Of a stretch of DNA of 64,000 bases, positions 48,879-56,412 are shown one piece after another (the stretch's first letter is position 1; every line of letters begins with the position of its first letter). Below the pieces are notes generated by a model, which ran no database searches, was not told the origin of the DNA, and saw nothing but the letters and a program-made list of their open reading frames with translations. A program made the position numbers and the translations under genes. The DNA is from Verrucomicrobiota bacterium. Lineage in GTDB: Bacteria; Verrucomicrobiota; Verrucomicrobiia; Opitutales; Opitutaceae. The stretch spans positions 9,366-73,365 of the forward strand of contig JAEKKV010000023.1 in NCBI GenBank assembly GCA_019510185.1. Reading direction: 5' to 3'.

Positions 48879-49787
48879 ATGTCGTTGTCCGACTCTCCGG
48901 CCAAGCGTAGTCGAGCCCTCGTCGAGCAATTGAAACGCTCGGAGATCTACCGTGATTACGAGCAGGCGTTTCGCGACACGACCGGCCTGCCCCTTCACCT
49001 GCGCGAGTTGGAGGCCTTCGACCTGCCTCATCACAAAGATCCCAACGAGAATCCCTTTTGCGCGCTCATGGCCAAGAGCAACCAGTCGTGCTCCGCGTGC
49101 CTGCAACTCCAGAAAAAAGTCGAGGAGGAGGCGCGGCTCGAACCCAAGACGCTCAAGTGTTTTGCGGGCCTGTGCGACTCGGCCGTCCCCATCCGCGTCG
49201 GCGAAAATCTCATCGCTTTCCTGCAGACCGGTCAGGTGCTGTTGCACCAGCCGACCAAGGCGCAGTTTGCCAAGGCCACCCGGGAGCTGCTCAAATTCGG
49301 CACCGACGTGGACCTCAAGAAGCTGGAGGAGGCGTTCTTCCAGTCGCGCGTTGTCACGAAAAGACAATACGACTCGATCCTGCGCCTGCTCGCGATTTTC
49401 GCGCAGCACCTGGCCAGCCTGAGCAACCAGCTTTCGGTGAGAGAGGAAAACGCCGAGGCTCCCGCCATCGCCCGGGCGCGCATCTACATCACCGAAAGGC
49501 ACGCCGATGACCTCTCGCTCGACGAGGTCGCCAAGGCGGTGAACATGAGCGCGTTTTATTTTTGCAAGATGTTCAAGAAGGCCACGAGCATGACCTTCAC
49601 CGACTATCTTGCCCGCGTGCGCGTGGAAAAGGTCAGGAATCTCCTGCTCAATCCCCACAAGCGCATCAGCGAGGCGGCGTTTGAAGCGGGCTTCCAATCG
49701 CTATCCCAGTTCAATCGCGTATTCCGCAAGATCGCGGGCGAGGCGCCCACCGTCTATCGCACTCGGCTTCACGGCAGCGCGGCGTGA
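48879..49787 (+). CDS. AraC-family regulator with N-terminal PocR sensory domain
   Basis: NPFCALM...CSAC...KCFAGLCDSAVPI PocR pattern; C-terminal double HTH (LDEVAKAVNMSAFYF, AGFQSLSQFNRVF). Confidence 0.9.
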   Translation: MSLSDSPAKRSRALVEQLKRSEIYRDYEQAFRDTTGLPLHLRELEAFDLPHHKDPNENPFCALMAKSNQSCSACLQLQKKVEEEARLEPKTLKCFAGLCDSAVPIRVGENLIAFLQTGQVLLHQPTKAQFAKATRELLKFGTDVDLKKLEEAFFQSRVVTKRQYDSILRLLAIFAQHLASLSNQLSVREENAEAPAIARARIYITERHADDLSLDEVAKAVNMSAFYFCKMFKKATSMTFTDYLARVRVEKVRNLLLNPHKRISEAAFEAGFQSLSQFNRVFRKIAGEAPTVYRTRLHGSAA

Positions 49788-50275
49788 GTTTTTCCACCGC
49801 CGGCCGGTTTTGAGGCCGGGTGTTTTTCCCCGGCCGGTGTGTGCGCGCCAGTGCGGGCGGCCGGCGACTCGTGCCGATCCCGGCGTTCGTTGTGCAGGCA
49901 GAGCGCGCAAAAATTCGCGATCTCGCGCCGCGCGACGGTTTCCAGCGCCTGCTCCATTTCCTCCGCGTCGCGGATCTTGAGGGGCGCGTCTCCAGCACAG
50001 ACTGCCAATGCCTCGTGCAGCGAGAGCCGTGCGGTCGCGAAATAGGCGATCAGCGGATTCAATCCGCACGGGCAGGGCGGCCGCGGCGTCTGGCGGCGCG
50101 AGTGGGGCGCCGCCAGCTCGCGGAACAGCTGGTCCAGCGTCCACTCCATCAGGTACACGAGTGCGTCGGGGTTGGCCAGCGGGGAGGTCACGGGCGCGGC
50201 GCGCAGACGGGCCTCCCACTGGCGGTGCAGGGTGGGGCGGTAAGTTTGCAGGGCGCTGAGGCTGCGCTCGTCCAT
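49769..50275 (-). CDS. Hypothetical Cys-rich helical protein (168 aa)
   Basis: Start MDERSL; motifs CPCGLNP and FCALC; convergent with the AraC gene. Confidence 0.75.
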   Translation of the reverse strand: MDERSLSALQTYRPTLHRQWEARLRAAPVTSPLANPDALVYLMEWTLDQLFRELAAPHSRRQTPRPPCPCGLNPLIAYFATARLSLHEALAVCAGDAPLKIRDAEEMEQALETVARREIANFCALCLHNERRDRHESPAARTGAHTPAGEKHPASKPAGGGKTHAALP

Positions 50276-50281
50276 GCTTCC

Positions 50282-50426
50282 ATCCTGCCATTTTGCAGCG
50301 CGAGCCGCTTCGCATGGTTTGGCCAAGCATCCGCATCTTTTGCGGGCGGATTATGGGCCTCCTCGCAAAATATGCGCAGCCCTCGCCAAGGTGCGCGCAG
50401 AGGGTTTTCCGCGCGGCCGCTAGCAT
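50282..50426. promoter_or_regulatory. Bidirectional promoter with mirror-image tandem AraC-type sites
   Basis: Plus strand: CGCAAAATATGCG (50364) and GCCAAGGTGCGCG (50385). Minus strand: CGCAAAAGATGCG (50344) and GCCAAACCATGCG (50323). Each pair is 21 bp apart and followed 23 nt later by TAGCAT or CAGGAT. Confidence 0.65.
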
Positions 50427-50449
50427 GGGGACGCTTTCTGATGACCATT

Positions 50450-50674
50450 ATGAAAACTCCTCAACACCGCGAGCCCACCGAAGACGAAATCCGTCACGAG
50501 GCCTATCTTCTCTGGCTGGCCGACGGGCGTGTCCCGGGGCGCGAGCTCGAGCACTGGCATGCCGCCCGTGAAACGCTGCGCCATCGCGTCCATGTCTCCG
50601 CTCTTCGCGCGCTGCCGGACGGAGGCAACGTGCTGCATTTTCCCCCTGCTCGGAATGCCCGGCGCCAGTCCTGA
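50450..50674 (+). CDS. DUF2934 domain protein
   Basis: EDEIRHEAYLLWLADGRVPGRELEHWHAA matches DUF2934; alternative ATG at 50441. Confidence 0.85.
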   Translation: MKTPQHREPTEDEIRHEAYLLWLADGRVPGRELEHWHAARETLRHRVHVSALRALPDGGNVLHFPPARNARRQS

Positions 50675-50726
50675 GGCAGGCCGTTCCGAGCTTCGGGCGT
50701 TCGTTCCTCTTCAACCACTCCTTCCC

Positions 50727-51041
50727 ATGTCCGTCATTCCACTCACGCTGACCATCAGTCTCTGCCTGGTTTTCACCTTCGTCGTTTTTTTTCTGCGCGA
50801 ACAAAGCCGCCGTCATCTGAGCAGCGCCGAGAGCGAGGCGTTGCTGCCGCTCGCCGACGAGACGCCGCATGTTCTGGCCGCGCCGGCACCGGTTGAACCT
50901 GCGGCGCCGCCTGCGCACGCCCATGGGCATGCGCCCGGGCATGTCTGCCATGGCAACGGTTCCTGTAATTCCTGCCTTCGTCGCGCGGCGCGCCAGCAGA
51001 CGGCCGTCGTCTCTGCCCCCGCTCCTTCGCCTTCCGTTTAA
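50727..51041 (+). CDS. CcoS/FixS-like cbb3 maturation protein with His/Cys-rich tail
   Basis: MSVIPLTLTISLCLVFTFVVFF...LLPLADE N-terminus, directly upstream of ccoN. Confidence 0.65.
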   Translation: MSVIPLTLTISLCLVFTFVVFFLREQSRRHLSSAESEALLPLADETPHVLAAPAPVEPAAPPAHAHGHAPGHVCHGNGSCNSCLRRAARQQTAVVSAPAPSPSV

Positions 51042-51050
51042 TTTTCTCCC

Positions 51051-53357
51051 ATGTCCGACCGCAAAATCACGCTCGAATACAACGACAAGGTCGTCCGCCA
51101 GTTCATGCTCGCCTCCGTTCTCTGGGGTGTCGTGGGCATGCTGGTGGGCATGCTCGTCGCCTCCCAGCTCAATTATTGGCGTCTCAACTTCAACCTGCCC
51201 TGGCTGACCTTCGGGCGGCTGCGTCCGCTGCACACGAACGCGGTGATCTTCGCGTTCGTCGGCAACATGATGTTCGCCGGCGTCTATTACTCGACGCAGC
51301 GCCTGGTGAAGGCGCGCCTCGCGAGCGATTTTCTCTCGGCGCTCCATTTCTGGGGCTGGCAGCTCATCATTGTAGCGGCGGCGATCACGCTTCCGCTGGG
51401 TTTCTCGCGGGGCAAGGAATATGCCGAGCTCATCTGGCCGATCGACATCGCGGTCGCGCTCATCTGGGTCGTTTTCGCGGTCAACTTTTTCTGGACGCTC
51501 GCGCGCCGGCATGAGCGCAGCCTGTACGTGGCGATCTGGTTCTACATCGCGACGATCATCACCGTGGCGATGCTCTACATCGTCAACCACCTCTCGATCC
51601 CCACCTCGCTGCTCCACAGTTATCCGGTCTTCGGTGGTGTGCAGGACGCGCTGGTGCAATGGTGGTACGGGCACAACGCCGTGGCGTTCTTTCTCACCAC
51701 GCCGATCCTCGGCATCATGTATTACTTCCTGCCGAAGGCGGCGGAGCGGCCGGTTTACAGCTACCGCCTCTCGGTAATCCATTTCTGGTCGCTGGTCTTC
51801 GTCTACATCTGGGCCGGTCCGCACCACCTTCTCAACACGGCGCTGCCCGGCTGGCTGCAGGCGCTCGGAGTGACGTTTTCGGTCATGCTCTGGGCGCCGT
51901 CCTGGGGCGGCATGCTCAACGGCCTGCTCACCCTGCGCGGCGCGTGGCACCGGCTGCGCACCGATCCCGTGCTCAAGTTTTTCGCCGCTGCCGTGACCTT
52001 TTACGGCATGGCCACGTTCGAGGGCCCGCTGCTTTCGATCAAGCCGGTCAACGCCCTCGCGCATTACACCGACTGGATCATCGGCCATGTCCACGCCGGC
52101 GCGCTCGGCTGGAACGGCTTCATGGCCGCCGGCATGTTTTACTGGCTGACTCCGCGTCTCTGGAACCGGCCGCTGTTCTCCCAGGGCCTCGCCAACCTGC
52201 ACTTCTGGCTCGGGACGGTCGGCATCCTGCTCTACGTCGCCGCGATGTGGACCTCGGGCATCACTCAGGGCCTCATGCTCAACGCCACGACGGAGCACGG
52301 CACGGTGCTGGCGTATCCGAACTTCATCGACACGTTGAACGCTATCCGTCCGATGATGCTCTTTCGCGTGGTCGGCGGCGGGCTATACCTCGTGGGCTGG
52401 ATGCTGCTGGTCTATAATCTGTATCGCACCCTGCGCGGCGCCCGTCCGGTCAATGGCACGGTCGAGGTTTTCCTCTCCGAAAAAACCGGCGCCGACGAGC
52501 GCCTGGGCGTGGGCGGCATGCTGCTCAATCCGCCCGTGGTGTTTTCCGTGCTCGGTACCCTTTCCGCCTGCGCCTGGCTGTTTGGCGGCGATTTCCTGAA
52601 GCTCGCCGGGCTCTTCGGCACCGCCTTTTTTGTGATCCTCGCCTGGGTGCACTTCGAGGCCCGCAAACACCAGTGGGGAGCGTGGTACGACCGGCTGCTC
52701 GTCAGCGTCATGCCGTTCACGGTGCTCACCTTCGTTGCCGTGGCCGCCGGCGGCCTCATCCAGATCATCCCGACGACCTTGGTGAATCGCGCGGAGAACA
52801 TCGAGGACCGCCGGCAGATTCCCTACACGCCGCTGGAGCTCGCCGGTCGCGATCTCTATGTGAGCGAGGGCTGCTACAACTGTCATTCGCAGATGATCCG
52901 CACGCTGGTGCCCGATGTGCTCCGCTATGGCGACTATTCGCGCCTCGGCGAATCCATCTACGATTATCCCCACCAGTGGGGTTCCAAGCGCACCGGTCCG
53001 GATCTCGCCCGTGTGGGCGGCAAGTATCCGGCCGTCTGGCATTATCGTCACATGGAGGATCCGCGCTCCGTCTCGGCCGGTTCCAACATGCCCAATTACC
53101 CGTGGCTGCTTGCGCAAAAAACAGATGTAGCCGCCCTGTCCGCCAAGCTCTCCGTGCAACGCATGCTCGGCGTGCCTTATCCCCGGTGGACGGACGCCGA
53201 GATCGTCGAAAACGTCGGGCGGCAGGAACAGGCCATCGTCGCCGACCTCCGCGCCTCGGGCGCCTCCGTGCCGCCGGATCGCGAGATCGTCGCCCTGATC
53301 GCCTACTTGCAGACGCTCGGCCGCTCCGAGACACCGCCCAAGGCGGCCGCACGTTAA
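51051..53357 (+). CDS. ccoNO: cbb3-type cytochrome c oxidase fused subunits I/II (CcoN-CcoO)
   Basis: RLRPLHTN, WWYGHNAV, WAGPHH and GHVH ligands; C-terminal EGCYNCHSQMIR and WGSKRTGPDL. Confidence 0.97.
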   Translation: MSDRKITLEYNDKVVRQFMLASVLWGVVGMLVGMLVASQLNYWRLNFNLPWLTFGRLRPLHTNAVIFAFVGNMMFAGVYYSTQRLVKARLASDFLSALHFWGWQLIIVAAAITLPLGFSRGKEYAELIWPIDIAVALIWVVFAVNFFWTLARRHERSLYVAIWFYIATIITVAMLYIVNHLSIPTSLLHSYPVFGGVQDALVQWWYGHNAVAFFLTTPILGIMYYFLPKAAERPVYSYRLSVIHFWSLVFVYIWAGPHHLLNTALPGWLQALGVTFSVMLWAPSWGGMLNGLLTLRGAWHRLRTDPVLKFFAAAVTFYGMATFEGPLLSIKPVNALAHYTDWIIGHVHAGALGWNGFMAAGMFYWLTPRLWNRPLFSQGLANLHFWLGTVGILLYVAAMWTSGITQGLMLNATTEHGTVLAYPNFIDTLNAIRPMMLFRVVGGGLYLVGWMLLVYNLYRTLRGARPVNGTVEVFLSEKTGADERLGVGGMLLNPPVVFSVLGTLSACAWLFGGDFLKLAGLFGTAFFVILAWVHFEARKHQWGAWYDRLLVSVMPFTVLTFVAVAAGGLIQIIPTTLVNRAENIEDRRQIPYTPLELAGRDLYVSEGCYNCHSQMIRTLVPDVLRYGDYSRLGESIYDYPHQWGSKRTGPDLARVGGKYPAVWHYRHMEDPRSVSAGSNMPNYPWLLAQKTDVAALSAKLSVQRMLGVPYPRWTDAEIVENVGRQEQAIVADLRASGASVPPDREIVALIAYLQTLGRSETPPKAAAR

Positions 53358-53376
53358 ACCTCCTTCAACTTTCCCG

Positions 53377-53562
53377 ATGTTCCGCCGCCTTCTTTTCGAC
53401 GACTGGGTGATGATCTTTCCCCTCGTGGCCTTCATCACCGCCTCCTCCATCTACGCGACCCTTACCTGGCGCGCGCTCCGCATGCGTCGCTCGCAAGTCG
53501 AGCACTTCGCCCGTCTGCCTTTCGAAAACGAAACCACCGTCTCCTTGCATGAAGCCGAATAA
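53377..53562 (+). CDS. ccoQ: cbb3 oxidase subunit CcoQ-like
   Basis: 61 aa, single TM helix, ARLPF motif, between ccoO and ccoP. Confidence 0.75.
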   Translation: MFRRLLFDDWVMIFPLVAFITASSIYATLTWRALRMRRSQVEHFARLPFENETTVSLHEAE

Positions 53563-54094
53563 CTCCACGCCGCCCCCCGAAGATCCGGTGCGCCATCACG
53601 TTTACGATGGCATTCAGGAATATGACAAGCGCCTGCCCAACTGGTGGCTGCTCACGTTTTACGGGGCGATCGTCTTCTCCATCATCTACTGGCTCGTCAC
53701 GCAGCACTTCCCGAGTTCCACCGACGAATCCCGCCTCCATGCGGAAATGGCCGCGATCGAGACGGCGAAGCTGGCTTCGTCGTCCGCCACCCTGGATGAC
53801 GCGACGCTCTGGAAAATGAGCCGCAATCCCGCCTTCGTTGACGCCGGCAAGATCACTTATAATGCCACCTGCGCCAGTTGCCACAATGCGGCGCTCACCG
53901 GTGGCATTGGTCCTAATCTGCTCGACGAAGTCTGGATTCATGGCGGCCGCCCCACCGAGGTGCTGGCGACCGTCACCGACGGCGTGCTCGTCAAAGGTAT
54001 GCCAGGCTGGGGGCCTGTCCTCGGCTCGCAAAAAGTATCCGAGGTGGTCGCGTTTATCATGAGCCGTCACGACGCGCCGGGTGGCGCGAAATAA
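53549..54094 (+). CDS. ccoP: cbb3 oxidase subunit III (monoheme)
   Basis: HVYDGIQEYDKRLPNWW, one CASCH, GGIGPNL and GMPGW. Confidence 0.92.
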   Translation: MKPNNSTPPPEDPVRHHVYDGIQEYDKRLPNWWLLTFYGAIVFSIIYWLVTQHFPSSTDESRLHAEMAAIETAKLASSSATLDDATLWKMSRNPAFVDAGKITYNATCASCHNAALTGGIGPNLLDEVWIHGGRPTEVLATVTDGVLVKGMPGWGPVLGSQKVSEVVAFIMSRHDAPGGAK

Positions 54095-54106
54095 CGGGCA
54101 GTCCTG

Positions 54107-55579
54107 ATGAATGAAACGTCCAGTCCAGCGGAGGCGCGCGCCAAGTCGTCCGGACGCCCTACGTTCCGGCGCCCCGAGCGGGATTCCGTCACCACTATCC
54201 AGGCAGATGGTTCGCGGTTTTTTTTGCATCCGTCCGATGTGCGCGGCGTGTTTACGCGCGCCCGCCGGTGGTCGGGCTGGCTGTTGATCGCGCTTTATCT
54301 CGTGCTGCCTTGGATCCCGGTGGGTGGCTATCCGGCGGTGTTGCTCGATGTCGCCGCGCGCCGGTTTCACTTCTTCGGGCTGACCCTGGCGATTCAGGAT
54401 ACCTGGCTGCTTTTCTTTGGAATCACCGGGTTGGGATTTTCGCTTTTCCTCATCACCGCGCTGCTCGGCCGCGTGTGGTGCGGCTGGGCGTGTCCGCAAA
54501 CGGTTTTTCTCGATCATGTTTTCCGTCGGGTCGAACGCTGGCTGGAGGGCGATGCGATCGCGCGCCGCCAGCTCGACGCCTCGCGCTGGACGTCGGTCAA
54601 AATCGTGCGCCGGGGGGCGAAGCAATTCGCGTTTATCCTGCTTTCGGGGGTGATCGCGCACCTGTTCCTGGCCTATTTCGTCTCGATCCCCCGGCTCTGG
54701 GGAATGATGGGCGCCTCGCCGGGCGACCATTGGGCCTCGTTCGTGTTCATCTTCATTTTCACCGCGGTGCTGTATTTCAACTTCGCGTGGTTTCGCGAGC
54801 AGTTGTGCATCGTTCTCTGCCCTTACGGCCGGCTGCAATCGGCGCTGATCGACGATCATTCACTGGTCATCGGCTATGACGCGCGGCGCGGCGAGCCGCG
54901 GGGCAAGCTGCATGCGCCCGCGGCGGGAGCCTGCATCGACTGCAACCGTTGCGTGCAGGTCTGCCCGACCGGCATCGACATCCGCCAGGGGCTCCAGATC
55001 GAGTGCATCGGTTGCGCGGCATGTATCGACGCGTGTGACGACGTGATGACACGCGTGGGCCGTCCGCGCGGTTTGATCCGCTACGATTCGCTGACGGCCT
55101 TCGCCGGAGGGGTGACCCGCTGGCTGCGTCCGCGCACCCTAGTTTACGCAGCCTTGCTGCTGGCGGGCGCGGCGGTGGCGGCGTGGGCGTTATCCACGGT
55201 GCGCCCGGCGAATATCGGTGTCACGCGCATGACGGGAGCGCCCTACTTTGTGGACGCGCGCACGGTGCGAAACCAATTCCTCGTGCGCCTCGTGAACAAG
55301 CGGGATGTGCCCGCGCGTTTCATCATCGCCCTTTCCGGCGCGCCGGTTCCGGTGGAGCGCGAGGGATTGGACGGTGCGGTGGAGATCGGTCCGATGGCCG
55401 AGGAAGTGCGTCCGCTCATCCTGCAGGTGACGCGCACGGATTACGTGGGAAGTTTCGTGCTGACCGTGAACGTGACTGACGAGGCGGGCACCTTTACGTT
55501 GGCGCGCGAAGTGGAGTTTATCGGTCCGGATCCAGTCTTGCTGGGCATCCAAGGAGGCGGCCATGAAGGTGAAAAATGA
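54107..55579 (+). CDS. ccoG: cbb3 accessory 4Fe-4S protein
   Basis: CGWACPQ, CPYGRLQ, CIDCNRCVQVCPTGIDIR and CIGCAACIDAC. Confidence 0.95.
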   Translation: MNETSSPAEARAKSSGRPTFRRPERDSVTTIQADGSRFFLHPSDVRGVFTRARRWSGWLLIALYLVLPWIPVGGYPAVLLDVAARRFHFFGLTLAIQDTWLLFFGITGLGFSLFLITALLGRVWCGWACPQTVFLDHVFRRVERWLEGDAIARRQLDASRWTSVKIVRRGAKQFAFILLSGVIAHLFLAYFVSIPRLWGMMGASPGDHWASFVFIFIFTAVLYFNFAWFREQLCIVLCPYGRLQSALIDDHSLVIGYDARRGEPRGKLHAPAAGACIDCNRCVQVCPTGIDIRQGLQIECIGCAACIDACDDVMTRVGRPRGLIRYDSLTAFAGGVTRWLRPRTLVYAALLLAGAAVAAWALSTVRPANIGVTRMTGAPYFVDARTVRNQFLVRLVNKRDVPARFIIALSGAPVPVEREGLDGAVEIGPMAEEVRPLILQVTRTDYVGSFVLTVNVTDEAGTFTLAREVEFIGPDPVLLGIQGGGHEGEK

Positions 55580-55712
55580 CCGCATCCCCTGGTTATGGGC
55601 ATGGGTCGGCGGGGTGTTCACCCTGCTGATGATCGCTTGGGCGGTGTTGCTGACCGTGGTGGTGAAGCATCCGGTGGCCGAGGTGCCCCTGGCAACAAAG
55701 CCCCTTCGCTGA
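55563..55712 (+). CDS. Small single-TM protein (49 aa) at the FixH/CcoH position, not in the ORF track
   Basis: Hand translation MKVKNDRIPWLWAWVGGVFTLLMIAWAVLLTVVVKHPVAEVPLATKPLR; overlaps the ccoG stop and ends 2 nt before the next ATG. Confidence 0.65.
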   Translation: MKVKNDRIPWLWAWVGGVFTLLMIAWAVLLTVVVKHPVAEVPLATKPLR

Positions 55713-55714
55713 CG

Positions 55715-56410
55715 ATGGAACTCGCGAGCATCAGCACTCCGGCGGCGGCCTTTGTCGCGGGACTCGTGACGAGCCTGCATTGCGCGGGCATGTGCGGTCC
55801 GCTCGCCTGCCTGCTGACGCCGGCGCGGGACGAGAAGGCTGATCCGCAGACGGTCGCGACGGTCTATCATCTCGCGCGCCTCGGCGGGTATGCGACGCTC
55901 GGTGCGATCGCGGGAGCGGCGGGCCGGTTGCCGGACGCCTTGCTGGGCGGCGCGCCCGCGAAAGCACTTCCGTGGATCGTGGTGCTTTTTTTGGTGGCGG
56001 TGGCCTTTCGCTGGGAGAAGCGCCTGCCGCGCTTCGCCTTCTTCACGCGCCTGCAATGGCGGCTGCAACAGGCGCTGCGCGGCCGTTCCCGGCTGCGCGT
56101 GGCGGCGGTGATGGGCGCGGCCACGCCCCTGCTGCCGTGCGGGCCGCTTTATTTTCTGATCGCACTCGCGGCCTTGTCGGGGTCGGCGTTGCGCGGAGTT
56201 GAATTCATGCTGGCCTTCGGCCTGGGCACGGTGCCGTTGCTCTGGCTGGTGCAGGCCAACTCCGGATTTTTGCGCGCGCGGCTTTCGCCGGTGTGGCTGG
56301 CGCGTTTTCAAACCGGTCTCGCGCTCGCCGCCGCCGTGGTTCTCACCTGGCGCCTGCGTGGCACCCTGGGTTTCGGCGGACCGGCACTGGACGCCTTCAT
56401 CTGCCATTGA
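55715..56410 (+). CDS. DsbD_2/TauE-SafE-like membrane protein of cco clusters
   Basis: SLHCAGMCGP and LLPCGPLY motifs; start chosen at MELASI. Confidence 0.9.
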   Translation: MELASISTPAAAFVAGLVTSLHCAGMCGPLACLLTPARDEKADPQTVATVYHLARLGGYATLGAIAGAAGRLPDALLGGAPAKALPWIVVLFLVAVAFRWEKRLPRFAFFTRLQWRLQQALRGRSRLRVAAVMGAATPLLPCGPLYFLIALAALSGSALRGVEFMLAFGLGTVPLLWLVQANSGFLRARLSPVWLARFQTGLALAAAVVLTWRLRGTLGFGGPALDAFICH

Positions 56411-56412
56411 TC

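Noticed and set aside
51051-53357. CcoN-CcoO fusion as a novelty
   Set aside because: Fused ccoNO is already known in Bacteroidota and Verrucomicrobiota.
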